Assembly (NCBI RefSeq): GCF_009834535.1
Contig: NC_045698.1
Coordinates: 6,822,001-6,886,000, forward strand
Source: Camelus ferus
Taxonomy: Eukaryota
Reading direction: 5' to 3'
DNA: 64,000 nt
In this document: positions 11,834 through 25,026 of the stretch, piece after piece
Layout of the letters: every line of letters begins with the position of its first letter
Numbering within the stretch: position 1 is the stretch's first letter
Notes under the pieces: model-generated
Told to the model about the DNA's origin: nothing
The model's database searches: none
Seen by the model: only the letters and a program-made list of their open reading frames with translations
Program-made: the position numbers and the translations under genes

Positions 11834-14554
11834 TTGGGCCCAGTGAGATGCAGAGATCTAGGTAAGTGAGTTTACTCTACGGGGACCAAACTTACTGTAG
11901 ACAGGCTTTTCCAAGGTCCAGTCAGGGTTTGAGGGAAGATGTTATCAAGTCCTTTGGGCCCTCATACCTAAGGCACATTCTCTAAGGTCAGCTCTGTTAG
12001 AAATAAATGTAACATTTTGTACTCCATCAGAACTTGGGTCCAGAAGATGGACATTGGTTTTAAGCCTTCCTCAAACCCTCCACAAAGAATTCTGAGCCTG
12101 TTACTACAAACTAGCACCATTTCCCATGTTAACAATTCAAGTGTGGTCACCCCAACTTAAGGAATGCTGGGGCTACCCTGGGGCAGTGGGGTGAAGGAGG
12201 AAGCTGAGCTATGCTCATCCTTGGGGCCAGGGGAATTGGCCTGGCCATCAAGACCAGCAACCCCAACCCCAGTGCCCAGGCCAGGCTCCACTGGGGCCAA
12301 GACACAGACAACAAGGAACCATCCAGTGGCTACATGGGGAGAAAAGCAAATCCTGGACTGTTGGGGTCCTATCTGCTCTGTTATAGTCTGAGCAAAGCCC
12401 AAAGCACTGGTGGGGACCTGGCCAGTGACCGTTAGAAGGAATGGCCATGCTCCCGGCAAGCAGGCATGGGTTTAGGGAAAATGACCTCTCTCATCAAGGG
12501 GGAAACACTACTGGAAACCAAAACAGAAGTCAAGTTGTGCAGACCCAGATGTTTTTGAGTAGATGAGAAGGGAAGGCAGAAAAATAGAGCTCAGAAGCTA
12601 TTTGGGTGCTCAGGTCTTACCACATTCTGCCCAGCCACGAGGGGAACACATGAAGGCTGGTTGCACACCTGGATTCTGGTGGGGAGGGGGCTTTAGGCTT
12701 GGCAAGGCCTGGCTTATGAATAAAGTAGTGAAATTTTGAGCCTCCACCGACAAGACTGGGGAAAGCAGGTCCTGACATTAAAGGAGACACTTTGAGATAC
12801 TAAATGTTGCTATTTTTTCTTATGCAGGTTTTTTTTCCCTTCACTTTAATTTCCCTCTTTCCCAGAAAATTCCCATCCAAGCAGATATTTATGAATTACT
12901 CTGCTTATTGCTGTGGGATGTGATGGAGTAAAGGACAGAAAGATCTCAAGACCTTTGTAGCTGCTCCAAAGCCAAGAGAGAGTTGCAGGCAGAGACAAAA
13001 TATCCAAAACCATGAGAGGAGAAGGATTTCCTTAAGACTAGGGAAAGATTCCCTCTGGCTGGTGGGAGAGCTGGGGAGAGGAGTGAGGAAGCAGAAGTTT
13101 GAGGAGAACAGAGAGATCTCCTAAGTGCCCCCCAGATGCCGGGTCAAGCTGCCAGACCCCCAAGAGGGAACCGTGGTGAAGCAGGTCTGGTCCTCATCCT
13201 TCAGGACCCTAGACAGCGTCACAAATGTTCCCACAGCCCAGGCAAGCTTAGAGGACCAGAGAGCCTGCCTACATGACGTAACCACTTACAAAGGCTAAGC
13301 GAAGCTCCAACAGCCCCCATGGAGCTCTCAGCCCAGCTCTCCCCGAGCTTTGGCACTGTGTAACGTTCTGGAACCAGGGCACTGATTGTAGATGGAAGTG
13401 AAGCAAAGTAACTCAGATTAGCTATTGTACCAGAGCTGTGAAGACCCCACTGAGACCCCTTTGGCACTTGCTGGTCCAAACCACACTGTTTGTTCCCAGC
13501 CTCTCACTGCACTGCAATGCACTGCACCGTATGTGACTCTGCCTGGGGCTGCTTCCCACCCAGGGCTGCTGGCTGAGCTCAGTCATGCAACCTCCGTCTG
13601 AAACTCCCATCTTTAGTGTCCCTTGAAAGTGAGGGAACAGAAATGACTCGATGGTAAAGATGCTGTCTTTATACTCTAGCTCCTACAGGGATATGTCATC
13701 GTTTGAAAGTAGCCTTGAAAATGGAAATAAACTTCAAAGTCCAAAGGGGAGAAAAGAAGCTCCCATGGAATATTCTTCAAATGAAATTAACTGACCAACA
13801 GGCGCTTTGAGGCTTTCAGGCTACTCAGCTTAAATGAGAGTGAGCGTGTAATATGGATGGCTTGGCTACAGACTGTCACTTTCTTTTGGTTCTCAAATAA
13901 GAATCCTTGAAATGCTGTGCCACATGGCAGATTCAATTTTGTTCACTTCATTTTCACCTCTCCAACGTGGTTTTCTTCTGCCAAAATGGAGTTACCATTT
14001 TCTTCAAAGGCAACTTACCTTTGAAAGAAATACACTTAGAGAGGAAGAAACAGAAAATAGACATCCTCATAGAACAACACGTTTTCATGCACAGCAATGT
14101 CTCTTTCTTTGCATAGTCTAACTTCCACACATGTTGGTTAAAAACTTCACTGGGATCTGCCACGTACCATCTACATTGAAGCTTTGTCACAAAATAAAGA
14201 CAAGTGGTTTTTTCTTTTTTTCCTAGCCCAGTGAATGCTACCTTGGTTTAGGCCCTCAGCATCCTTCCTTCATCCATTCGTTCACTTCCTCAGCACACAT
14301 TAACCAATTAAAGGCCTAGCACGTGTGAAGTATCAAGCCAGACACAGGAATAGGAAGATAGACTAAGCATGGTCTTCTCCTTTAACCATCACCTGCTGGC
14401 TATTTTCATGTGGATGTCCCCTAAGCAGGGCAATTTCAGCAGAACCATATGGACAAGAAAAACTTTGCATAGTTTTTATTTCATCTAGCCTTAAATCAGT
14501 CACCCCTAGAGCTTGAAATGTCTTTCTGCCTTTCTCTCTCCCCCTAAATATCAA

Positions 14555-14950
14555 GAATGCTTTGAGCAGCAAGTAACAGAATGCCCAACTAATGGTGCCT
14601 TAAATTCTTAAGATATTTATTGTTGTTGTAACAAGAAGTTCTAGGACTGACTGGCGACTCAGCAATATCACCAGACTCATCTCTGAGTCTGAATGAGGCT
14701 CTGTCCAGCCTTCCACTCCACCACATTAAGTGTAATGATTTGTCACCTCATTGTCACAAAATGACTGCAACAGCACCATGCATCATGCTCCCACACAGTT
14801 ATATTCAAAGGCAGGAATTTCAGGGAGAAGCCAGGGAAATGGAGTTACCTTTATTCTTCAGTTCTTTCTTTTATCAGAATAGAAAATTTTACCCAGATTC
14901 CCCTACTATACTATCAGACTTCCTTACTGATTAGAAATGAGTCATTGAAT
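14555..14950 (-). mobile_element. old MaLR LTR (MLT1J/K/L-like)
   Basis: GCAAGTAACAGAATGCCCAACTAATGGTGCCTTAAA ... TCACAAAATGACTGCAACAGCACC motifs. Confidence 0.6.
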
Positions 14951-15117
14951 CAGCCAAAAGGTTTTCAAAGATTTTATTTTTAAAGTATTTATCAATTCAG
15001 TTTCTCTTCCTTCTTCTAATTGCAATAGTCCCCCATCAGCATTCTATTGAACCAATACTCTCCTAGAAAGTCCCTACTTCAAATCTACCCTCTACATAAA
15101 TCCTAGCCCAGTATTTA

Positions 15118-15600
15118 GTATAGTAGCCATACTTAAAGGTGGCCACCAATGATCCTTGCTTCCTGATATACACACTATGTGTAATCCAGCCAATGTTTTC
15201 CAAGGGTGGTCTGGGTGGCCAATAGAAGATGACAGAAGTGATAGGATGTCACTTCTGAGGTTAGGTTATAAAAAGCACTGTGGCATCCATCCCATTTTCT
15301 GTTACCCCTCACTCTGGGGAAGCCAGTGCCATGTCCTCATGATGCTAGCAGCTCTATGGAGAGGTCCACACAGCGAAAACTGAAGCCTCCTGCCAACAGC
15401 CACGTGCGTGGTCTTGAAAGTGGATCCCCCAGCCCCAGGCAAGCCCTTAGCTGACATATTTTCAAACAACTCATGAAAAGCTCTGAGCTAGAACCACCCA
15501 CCTAAGCTGCTCCCCATTCCTGATCCATAGAGCCTGTGAGATAATAAATGTTTGCTGTTCTGAGCCACTAAGTTTGGAGATTCTTTGTTATGAAGTCATA
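15118..15600 (+). mobile_element. MaLR solo LTR (MLT1F-like)
   Basis: AAGGTGGCCACCAATGATCC...TCACTTCTGAGGTTAGGTTATAAAAAG...CTGCCAACAGCCACGTG...GAGATAATAAATGTTTGCTGTTCTGAGCCACTAAGTTTGG. Confidence 0.85.
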
Positions 15601-16049
15601 TATTCAGTTAACGTGAAATTGTCCTGTTTAAAAGTAAGTAGTCCCCACGACTTAAAGCAGAGGACCTGGTGTTGCCAGCAGAAGGGTTTTGGTTTAAATA
15701 TTTTGAACTGACACAGAGTTAAATATTTTGAACTGACATTTCAAACTGAGAGATGTCACATAAACATCAGAACATCTGGCCACACTGGCTGCACATGTCC
15801 ACAGAACACCATGGACTGAGCCAGTAGATCAGCTGCTTCCTTTAAAAAGTGGGTGCTCTCCAATTCATTGAGTGTCCTCCACTATTATTCCTTCAACACT
15901 GACAAGGACACGTGATAGTTGTCATTTTTTATCCCTGTCGGTACCATTATTTGGGGTATAACAGAGACATACTTGTGTACCTACATCCCTAACAAAAATT
16001 GGGTAAGAAAAAAAATAGACCAAAAAGGCTCTGTTAAAAAAAAAAAATT

Positions 16050-16245
16050 GGACGTCAGGTTTCTACTGTATAGCAAAGGGAAATATAGTCAATATCTTGT
16101 AGTAACCTATAATGAAAAAGATATGAAAAGGAATATATGCATGTATATGGATGGCTGAACTATTATGGATGACTGTACACCAGAAACTGACACAACATTG
16201 TAAACTGACTCACTTCAATAAAAATAATACTTCTTAAAAAATAAA
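16050..16245 (+). mobile_element. short cetartiodactyl/camelid-type L1 3' end
   Basis: CTACTGTATAGCAAAGGGAAATATAGTCAATATCTTGTAGTAACC...TGTACACCAGAAACTGACACAACATTGTAAACTGAC...AATAAA; near-identical blocks recur at 24.2, 25.1, 28.4, 42.2 and 62.1 kb. Confidence 0.85.
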
Positions 16246-16597
16246 TATCTATTACTTGGAAATCTGAAATCAGAAGGTAAAAAAGTATGAATCTAGAATA
16301 TTGGATTGATATTAAAATTGTCTTATTATGCAACATTAAAAAAAGAAATTGGGGGAACATCTTTCTTCATAGAAAAAGAATGTTCTCATGTGTATTTCTG
16401 TATGTAAACAAAGTGTAAGAAATATAAACAGATCTCAGTTCACCCACTTATCTCATCTGCCTGGTCCTCTTAGGCATCTGGGTTTATGACCCCAGATCTA
16501 CAGGGCAATAAGTCGTTCATTAGCACAGTCCACTTCTCTGGACTCCAGCCTGAGACCACTGGGTTATCGTGTTCACCACTCCTTGACTCATCCCCCA

Positions 16598-17108
16598 CTG
16601 CGAGGGTTTTATGGGTCAACTTGGCTAGGCTGTGGGACCCAGCTGTTTGGTCAAACACAGTAGTCTAAATGTTGCTGTGTGAAGCTATTTTTTTAGATGT
16701 TACTAAACATTTAGATTGGCGGGATTTGAGTAACACAGATTGCTCTGCATAATGGTGTGGGTTTCATCCAATCAGTTGAAGGTCTTAAGAGCAAAGATTG
16801 AGGTTTCCTGACTAAGAAGCAATTTGGCCTCAGGACAGCAATGTGGAAACCCTGCCTGAGTGTCCAACCTACCTGACCTTCTGTGTGGAATTCAGACTCA
16901 AGGCTGTGACGTCAACTCTTTCCCGAATTTCCTAACTGTTAGCTTATCCAAAAATTTTGGTCTTGCCAACCCCCACATTGTGTGAGTCAATTCTTTTTTT
17001 CTCTCTCTTCATATATATGTGTGCGTGTGCGTGTATGTGTGCGTGCATGTATATGTATGTATATGTATATATAGTCCTTTTTCTCTGGAGAACATTGACT
17101 AACATACA
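16598..17108 (+). mobile_element. ERVL solo LTR (MLT2B-like) with internal (TG)/(TA) microsatellite
   Basis: TTTTATGGGTCAACTTGGCTAGGCT...CATCCAATCAGTTGAAGGTCTTAAGAG...TTGTGTGAGTCAATTC...TTCTCTGGAGAACATTGACTAACATACA. Confidence 0.88.
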
Positions 17109-17111
17109 CAC

Positions 17112-17524
17112 TAGTATTGACTGAATTGTGCCCCCCCAAAATCCATATAGTTGAAACACCAACCCCCTAGTGTGATGTATTTGGAGATGGAGCTTTTGTG
17201 AGGTAATTAGGATTACGTGATGGGGTGAGTGTCCTTATAAGAAGAGGAAGAGAGAGTGCCCTCTCCCTTTCTCTCTCTCTGTCTCTCTCTTTCTCTGTGT
17301 GTCTCTCTCTCTCCATCCACAGGAACACAGAGGGGAGGCCCTGTGACCATGCAGTACGAAGGCAAACCATCTGCAACCCAAGCTGAGAGCCTTCACCAGA
17401 CACAGCCTGATGGCACCTTGGTCATGAACACCCAACCTCCAGAACTGTGAGAAAACAAATCTCTGCTGTTTAAGCCCCCCTGGTCTGTGGCGTTTTGTTA
17501 TGGTAGCCTCAGCAGAGTCAGACA
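17112..17524 (+). mobile_element. MaLR solo LTR (MLT1A/B-like) with internal (CT)n
   Basis: GACTGAATTGTGCCCCCCCAAAATCCATA...CCTCCAGAACTGTGAGAAAACAAATCTCTGCTGTTTAAGCC...TTTGTTATGGTAGCC. Confidence 0.88.
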
Positions 17525-18949
17525 CCCACCTTCCCACACTCCTCATCCTTCCTGTTTCTCTTCCACATCCTTGGTCAGGCCAGGATATCTTTCCCCACCT
17601 CACCATCACCATCTCCTCTTCTAAGGCTCAGCTCAGCCATCACCTTGCCCAGGAAGCTTTCCATGACCATGCAGACTCGGACATGTGGTCCTCCCCGATC
17701 ATGCTTGCTTTGCATTTCCCTCTCCATCCACATAGTAAGTGGGAATATACAGACCTCTTTTATGTGTCCCACCACAGCAGGAACTGTCTCTTATTCTGCC
17801 CAAAGAACGAAGAAATACATGGATGAATCTTGATGTATTATTACTGAGGAGGACAAACAGACGGAGAATAATTTTAGACAAAGATAGTTTCATGGAGTTA
17901 ACATGCAAATCACTACAGAATAGAATGAATGCTTTGTACTTTGGGGGAAACAGAAGGATTTTCTGGGCTTTGGGCAGAGCTTTTTTCCCTAAATCATTTC
18001 ATGCACAGCTTTTGCAAACGCGTCTTCTGCTGGTCATAATTATGCGTCTCCCACCCCCTACTGTTTTGAATTACTCTGTGCTAACACCGAAATTGTTCCA
18101 CAGAGAGTCAGATTTATTTGCTGAAACATGATGAGGAGAAGTGGGGAAAGAGACATACTTCACATGCGGCGCCCGTTGCTAGCACAGCTGTATTTCTGAG
18201 AAATAAATTTCAGTGCTTTTGCCCCATTTCTTTTGTAATTTAATAACTGAAGTACAAAGCTCATGAAAGCTGGGAATGTGTTGGAAGGTCAGTGAGGAAA
18301 AATGTGCGTTGTACAGTTAGGAGAAACGAGGGAGTTAAAACAACAGGGGAAATTGATCTTTCTGACCAATGGTTTATGGCTAAATGTCTGTTTCAGCTAA
18401 AGACCAAATGTTGCCTTTTAGCCACAAAAGGGCGGAACAATTAACAAATTCAGAGTCAGAATTCCTTTTGTTCCTCTACTGTAAGTATAATCATTTGTCT
18501 AAAAATTATTTTGTTTAAGGCCGATAGAGGACTTTCTTCATGTCAACACGTAAAAGCAACGGTTGGGCTGGTTCTACCCTTTGAACGACAGACCTACACG
18601 TTGAAACACGCCTTCTCACCAAGCACAGAGCCTTGCACACAACACATGCCTTGTGCACAAGTGGTTTCATATCAACATTCACTGAGAAACCAGAAATTTG
18701 AACAGGTCCCTAAGGATGGGTTGACTGATTTTCCTCCCTGAGGGGCAGTGGTTTGCAGTCTTTGCTTGGTACTGCACCTGTAAATGGGATGTAGACAATA
18801 TCTTCATGGTTTCCGGCGAATCTGGTGTTATCCACACCAGTTTTCATGATAACCAACTCCATGTCCCAACTGAACTTTTTAATCGGCACTTTCAGGAGGA
18901 TGAAGTCTGTTTTTGCTTAGCAGATGCATTTGATGCTATCGGACCGTCT

Positions 18950-19170
18950 GGTGCTGTGATGAAGTACAGAGCTCCAGCCATAGCCAGGCTTGGCCTCCCC
19001 AGATGTGTGATCTTGGATAAGATGTTTTGCCTTTCTGAACCCCAATACCCTACTCTGTAAAAGGAGGTAAATAAAAAACACCTTACAGGAACAATATGAA
19101 AATTAGTTCAAGCATTTGGAAGAGGGATTAGCACACAAGAGATGATCAAAAAGTGTAGAAAGTGTTTGTA
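18950..19170 (+). mobile_element. MIR SINE
   Basis: TGTGTGATCTTGGATAAGATGTTTTGCCTTTCTGAACCCCAATACCCTACTCTGTAAAAGGAGG, a MIR core. Confidence 0.7.
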
Positions 19171-21639
19171 ACAGAACATGGCTGACACCATTCCCTTTGG
19201 TTCAGAATTCTGGCTGGAGCTTCAAACAAATAGGGGGAAAGCCCCTTGTGTTCCGAACTAAAAAGCTTAACGTATTCCTTCTGGACCTATTAAAAGACTG
19301 AAGAGCCCGTCTACTGACCAAATTGTGTGTCTAGCATGAAATATGCAATATGCATACAGTATGCAACTTACACATTTATATTACACGTTTACATGTCATA
19401 TATATGTTACACATAGAAAATCTCTGTATATGTAATACATACATGTGAATAAGTGAGTTCATTGAAGGGAATGAGTCAAAACAAGATTGAACAACCAGGG
19501 AGGAGACTGCTGTGAATTGTCTCTCCAGGAGAGCAGGGAGTGAGGTACTTGCCCACCCTCTCAAGCTAAGGAAAAAGCTCTAGGAAGAGATCTCAGAACA
19601 TACTACGCACACTTTAAGAGGGAGGGACTGGCATCTTCCTCCCCATTGCAGCTAAGGCCTCGCATGCTAAGTGAAGCATGAAGAGGAGCTCCTGGGAGGG
19701 ATAGATGTGGGTTTCTTAGAATTGAGGGGTGTATGTAAGAAGCGACCGTTGCCTGCTTCTCACCTGGAGGATTTGGAAGATGAGGGGCTGATTGGAGCAG
19801 TGCGATGTAAGAGCTAGGGAGAGAGAACCCATTTGGGGCCCTTGTGTGTCCACCATCTTGAATGGCAAGGATGCTAGAGATAGGGGCCAAGCCAAGCAGT
19901 GCAGAAGCACCCACCCAGCAGAGCAGCCTACCAAAGTGAGGGGTCCCATCACCAGGAGGCTGCAGGCATGCCATCAGAACAAAAGCGGAAAGAGGATTTT
20001 AAGAGGTCCTCTGCAGAGTTCACTGATATATTTGCTGAGACCTCTGCAGGGTTGCCAGACTACCACAGAGGCACCTCCCAAGGGAGTATCAGCTTTGGGG
20101 AACCAATTGCATAGAGGGGCAGATGGGTTACAACAGCATCAAACACTGAAGATTTTTTTCCCCTTTCTTCTATTCAGTTTGGTCCCACCCCGGCCCTGGA
20201 GAGCTGGGGAGAAGGACTGAGGCAAGAGGAGAAGGCATGGAGTACACTATGTATACCTTCCCCACATAGGACCCTGAGCTGTGGTTGGGGAGTAGTTTTT
20301 CACTGAATGTAAGATTGAAGGCTTTAAATCTAACTAGATCTGTAACACCTGTCAGTGAATCTTCTCTATCAAAATGAGCCAAAGCATCAAGAAAGCCATA
20401 TAGATCTGCCTGAGATATCTTCAATTAGCATGGAAGGAAGCTCCAACAGAGCAAGACTGAAAATATGAGTGGGAGAAAAATGAAGTCATTTCCTGTCTGT
20501 ATACTCTACAGTTTGGAAGTCACAATAAACCAGCTGCATACTATCATGTTATTATGGTAGCCCCCAAATAAGGAGAAGCACACCCAATTTCACAGGTCAG
20601 AGACTTTTTTTGTTGCCAAAAATCAGGACATGGTGGGGAGGGAGGGTGGTTATGGTACCATTAATTTGTGAGTCATACTCATTTAAACACAACCTAACTT
20701 AGATTGCCTATGTCATTACAGTGGGACCAAGCCCCTGGGGCCTCAATCAGATTAAGTCAAACCCAGATTTCCACCAAGTCTATGTTTTATAGTTTCTACC
20801 TACACTTACTCCTAAAACTCCTTCCCACAATCACCCAAATGTGGACTGAATTTTTCCCTAATTTCTACCCTCAAACTTTCCCTGAACAAGCCCCTTTTGT
20901 GTAGGGGCACAATATTTCTTTATCAGTTGAAATTATACCTTCTCTTTACTCCATAATCTATAAACATACTCAGGTCCCTCTTTAGTGGGAGAGAAGGCAA
21001 CTTTTGATTTGAAATTTACCTCTAGATTTGCTTAGATATCAAACTTGCTAAAATACAGTCTTCAGCGTTGGGAGAACAATGATGGAATGGTTCTGAACTT
21101 TGGCCTCCCTCCCAAAAGAACCATGAAATCAATAAGGAAAACAAATGAAACTAAATAGGACTCATGCCTTCAGTACTGCCAGAAGACAGAGAAAGCTTCA
21201 ACCTTTAGATTACCGGAGAACAGAGGGAAAAAGCAACAAATTCCAGTGGTGCTCCTCTGCCCACTCTCTGCTTCTGAGAGTCTGTGGATGCAGAGAGCAG
21301 AGAAGGGAGACTGGAATGAGCTACAAAAAAGAGCAGAGAGAATAGAGGGCTTAGGAGAAGTACAGACAAAATTGCTCTCAGAAAGAGGAAGTGAAATAAT
21401 AAATGCAAAATTACTCAACACCAGTCAGGAATTAGAGACTCATAGTACTGCTATGGAAAAGGAGCTTGGAAGTGGGTGGGACCAGGAGGGACAGCCTCAA
21501 GCATTACTTGTGGGGGAGAAACTGGTACGCAGAAAAGACATGGTACCCTTTGGAGATGAAGCAGTAAAGGGGTAGATAGAAATAACAAGGGAAAATAAGA
21601 ATAATTGAATAAAAAGAACAACACCCCTTGTTCTTAGTT

Positions 21640-22380
21640 CAGATGTCTCTATGTTATCCAGGTGTCAGTTCTCCCTAAGTTGATTTATAAATGTAAAGCA
21701 ATCCTAATAAAAATTCTAAGAAGCTTCTTAATGGAGTTAGACAAGTTAGAAAAATAAACACATAAGAATAGCTAGGAAAACACTGACAAGGAAGAGCTCA
21801 GTGGGTGGGGGGAATTGAGGGGAAAGAACAGACCTACCAGATATTAAAACATAATACAAATCCTACACAGTTAAAACAGCGTGGTGCTGGCACATGACTG
21901 GACAGAACAGTGGGTCAGAATACAAAATAAAGGAAAATTGCAAAAAGGTACCTCAAATCACTGGGACAACAAGAATCTCTTTAATAAAGGATGTTGGGAC
22001 AATCGGTTAGTCATTTGGAAAAAAAATAAAATTAGATCCAGCCCTCAAACCATCCACAAAAATAAGTTCCAAATAGATAAGGGATCTAAATGTAAAACAT
22101 ATAGTTATATAGATATGCATACTAGAGAAAAACAGAGGTAAATTCTCCTATAAGTTGAGTATAACAAAAAGCTTGCTAATTATGACTTGAAATTAAATGC
22201 CATAAAATTGATAAGTTTAACTGTAAAATAAGATTAAAATTTTGGATGGCATAAATACAACTTAAGCAAAAAAAAAAAATGAAACAAATGAGAAGAAAAG
22301 ACTTACAACACATGTTACAGAAAAAGGATTCATAATACTAATTTATTTTAAAAATTGTGAAGTTGTAAAGCCATCTATGT
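21640..22380 (+). mobile_element. older LINE-1 ORF2 fragment (L1MC/L1MD-like)
   Basis: LFNKGCWDNRLVIWKK-like peptide (ORF 21881..22141), the ORF2 'LFNKWCWENW' motif. Confidence 0.8.
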
Positions 22381-23700
22381 ATCTAATTAAAACCCTGATG
22401 GAAAATTTTACAGAAATAGAAAAATAAATCTTAAAATTCATATGGAATTACAAAAGACCTCAAATAGCCAAAGCAATTTTGAGCAAGAAGAACAAAACTA
22501 GAGGCATCACACTTCCTGACTTCAAAATACATTACAAAGCTACATAATCAAAGCAGTACAATACTGGCATAGAAACAGACATACACACCAGTGGGATAGA
22601 ATAGGGAACCCAGAAATAAAACCACACATACGTGGTCAACTGATCTCTGACAAGGATGCTAAGAATATACAATGGGGAAAGGATTGCCTCTTCAATAAAT
22701 GGTGTGGAAAAACTGGATATCCACATGCAAAAGAATATAGTTAAACCCTTATCTTCTACCATCCACAAAATCAACTCAAAATAGATTAGCTTTAAACATA
22801 AGACCTGAAACCACAAAACTCCTAGAAGAAAATATAGTTTCTTGACATTGTTTTTTACAATATTTTTTGAATATGACACCAAAGCATGCCAACAAAGGCA
22901 AAAATAAAGTGGGATTATATCAAACTAAAAAGTTTCTGCAAAACAAAGGAAATAATCAACAAATGAAAAGGCAAACTATGGAATGGTAGAAAATATTTGT
23001 AAATCATATATCTGGTAAAGATTTAATATCCAAAATATGTAAGGAACTCCTACAACTCAATAGCACCAAACAAAACACAAACACAAACAAAACCCCAAAA
23101 TAATTCTAAAAAAAAAAAAAAGGCAAAGAAACTAAAGAGACATTTCTCCAAAGAAGACAAACAAATTGCCAATAAGTATATGAAAAAGTGTTCAACAACA
23201 CTAGCCGTCAAAGAATGCAAATCAATACCACAGTAAGATATTATCTCACATCTATTACAATGGCTCTTATCAAAAAGACAAGAGAAAAAAAGTATTGACT
23301 AGGATGTGGAGAAAAGGGAAACCTCGTAAACTGTTGGTGTAAATATAAATTTGAGCAGTCACTGTGGAAAACAATTTGGAGGTTCCTTAAAATATTAAAA
23401 CGAGAACTAAAATATGATGCAGCAATCCTACTCCTTGGTATATATTCAAAGGAATTGAAATCAGGATCTCAAAGAGATATCTGCACCCCCATATTCAGTG
23501 CAGCATTATCCACTATAGTCAACACATTGAAGCAATCTAACTGTCCATTGATAGATAAACAGATAAAGAAAATGTATTATATACATACAATGGAATATTA
23601 TTCAGCCTTATAAAAGAAAGAAATTCTGTCATTTGTGACAACATGGATAAATATAAAGGACATTATGCTAAGTGAAATAATCCCAATACAGAAGAACAGC
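22380..23700 (+). mobile_element. LINE-1 (L1MA8/9-like) ORF2 3' region and start of 3' UTR, nested in the older L1
   Basis: colinear with the 1.3-2.9 kb copy (AGAGGCATCACACTTCCTGACTTCAAAATACATTACAAAGC; AGAGATATCTGCACCCCCAT; GACATTATGCTAAGTGAAATAA). Confidence 0.9.
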
Positions 23701-23739
23701 AGATTTATTTATCATAGTGTTATGAACAAAGCAATTTGG

Positions 23740-24170
23740 ACACTATTTTAGATATATTACACTGTTGAGCAACTTAGTAAATATGCTAATGGTTTTGGAG
23801 GCCAGTGTTCTCACTATGGAAGAAGAGACATGAATATATGGGAAATGGAGAAGGCAAGAAAGAACCTTATGGAGATGGACTGGAATTGCAAGTATTGTTG
23901 TGAACCATGAACTCATGTTTTCAAAATGCGTTTGTGTACATGTGCACGCGTGCTTATGTGCACATGAGTTTATGTTTGTGTTTATGTATGTGTATATGTG
24001 CATATATATTTATATGTATATGTTAACACATGCATTTCTTGGTTCTGGTCCCTGAAAGATACTTTAATATTGGTAAGAACACCCAAGTATCAAAGAACAC
24101 ACCTAACGCCCAGATCTTGGTCCCTAATACAATTTCCCACTAAAAACAAACAGGTCACCTGGGAGAAATA
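23740..24170 (+). mobile_element. LINE-1 3' UTR fragment (L1MD-like) with TG-rich simple repeat
   Basis: GCCAGTGTTCTCACTATGGAAGAAGAGACATG...GAGAAGGCAAGAAAGAACC; TG/TA run at ~23930-24025. Confidence 0.6.
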
Positions 24171-24171
24171 C

Positions 24172-24832
24172 AGCATAGTGTTTCAGTCTTACATTTAAAA
24201 ACACATATTCCTTTTCATATTCTTTTTCATTATAGGTTACAAAAGAAATTGAATATAGTTTCCTGTGCTATACAGTAGGACCTTATTATTTGCCTATTTT
24301 ATATATAGCAGTGTGTATATGTTAATCCTAACATCCCAGCATCCTCTCCCAACCCCTACTTTCCCCTTTGGTAACCATAGTTTGTTTTCTATGTCTGAGT
24401 CTGTTTCTGTTTTGTAAATAAGTTCAATTATGTCTTTTTTTTTTTTAAGAGTCAACATGAGTGATATCATATGGTATTTTTCTTTCTCTTTCTAGTTTAC
24501 TTCACTTAGAATGACAATCTCCAGGTCCATCCATGTTGCTGCAAATGGCATTATTACATTATTTTTTCTGACTGAGTAGTATTCCATTGTAGAAATACAC
24601 CACAACTTGTTTATCCAGTCATCTGTCGATAGACATTTAGGTTGTCTCTATGTCTTGGCTATTGTAAATATTGCTGCTATGAACATTGGGGTGAATGTAT
24701 TTTTCTGAATTACAGTTTTCACCTTTGTAGGATTGGTGGATCATAAGGTAACTCAATTTTTAGTTTTTTAAGGAATATCCATACTGTCCTCCCTAGTGGC
24801 TGCACCAATTTACATTCCCACCAACAATGTAG
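24172..24832 (-). mobile_element. cetartiodactyl/camelid-type L1 3' region
   Basis: GAATATAGTTTCCTGTGCTATACAGTAGG; TCCAGGTCCATCCATGTTGCTGCAAATGGCATTATT; TACATTCCCACCAACAATGT. Confidence 0.9.
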
Positions 24833-25026
24833 CTGAGAATTGGGAGTGTGTGAGGTTTTCCCAATCAGTGTGTAATCTGCTTACATAGACAGATAATAAA
24901 GCCAGTCTGGGCAAAAGTTCTCTGATAGTCTAGGAGCAAAATTTATGCCAGCAAAGAGCAAAGGAGCTTTCCAAAACATGGAAAGCATAGGGGTTCTTGT
25001 GAGAAGAGTATGTTTGATACAAATGT

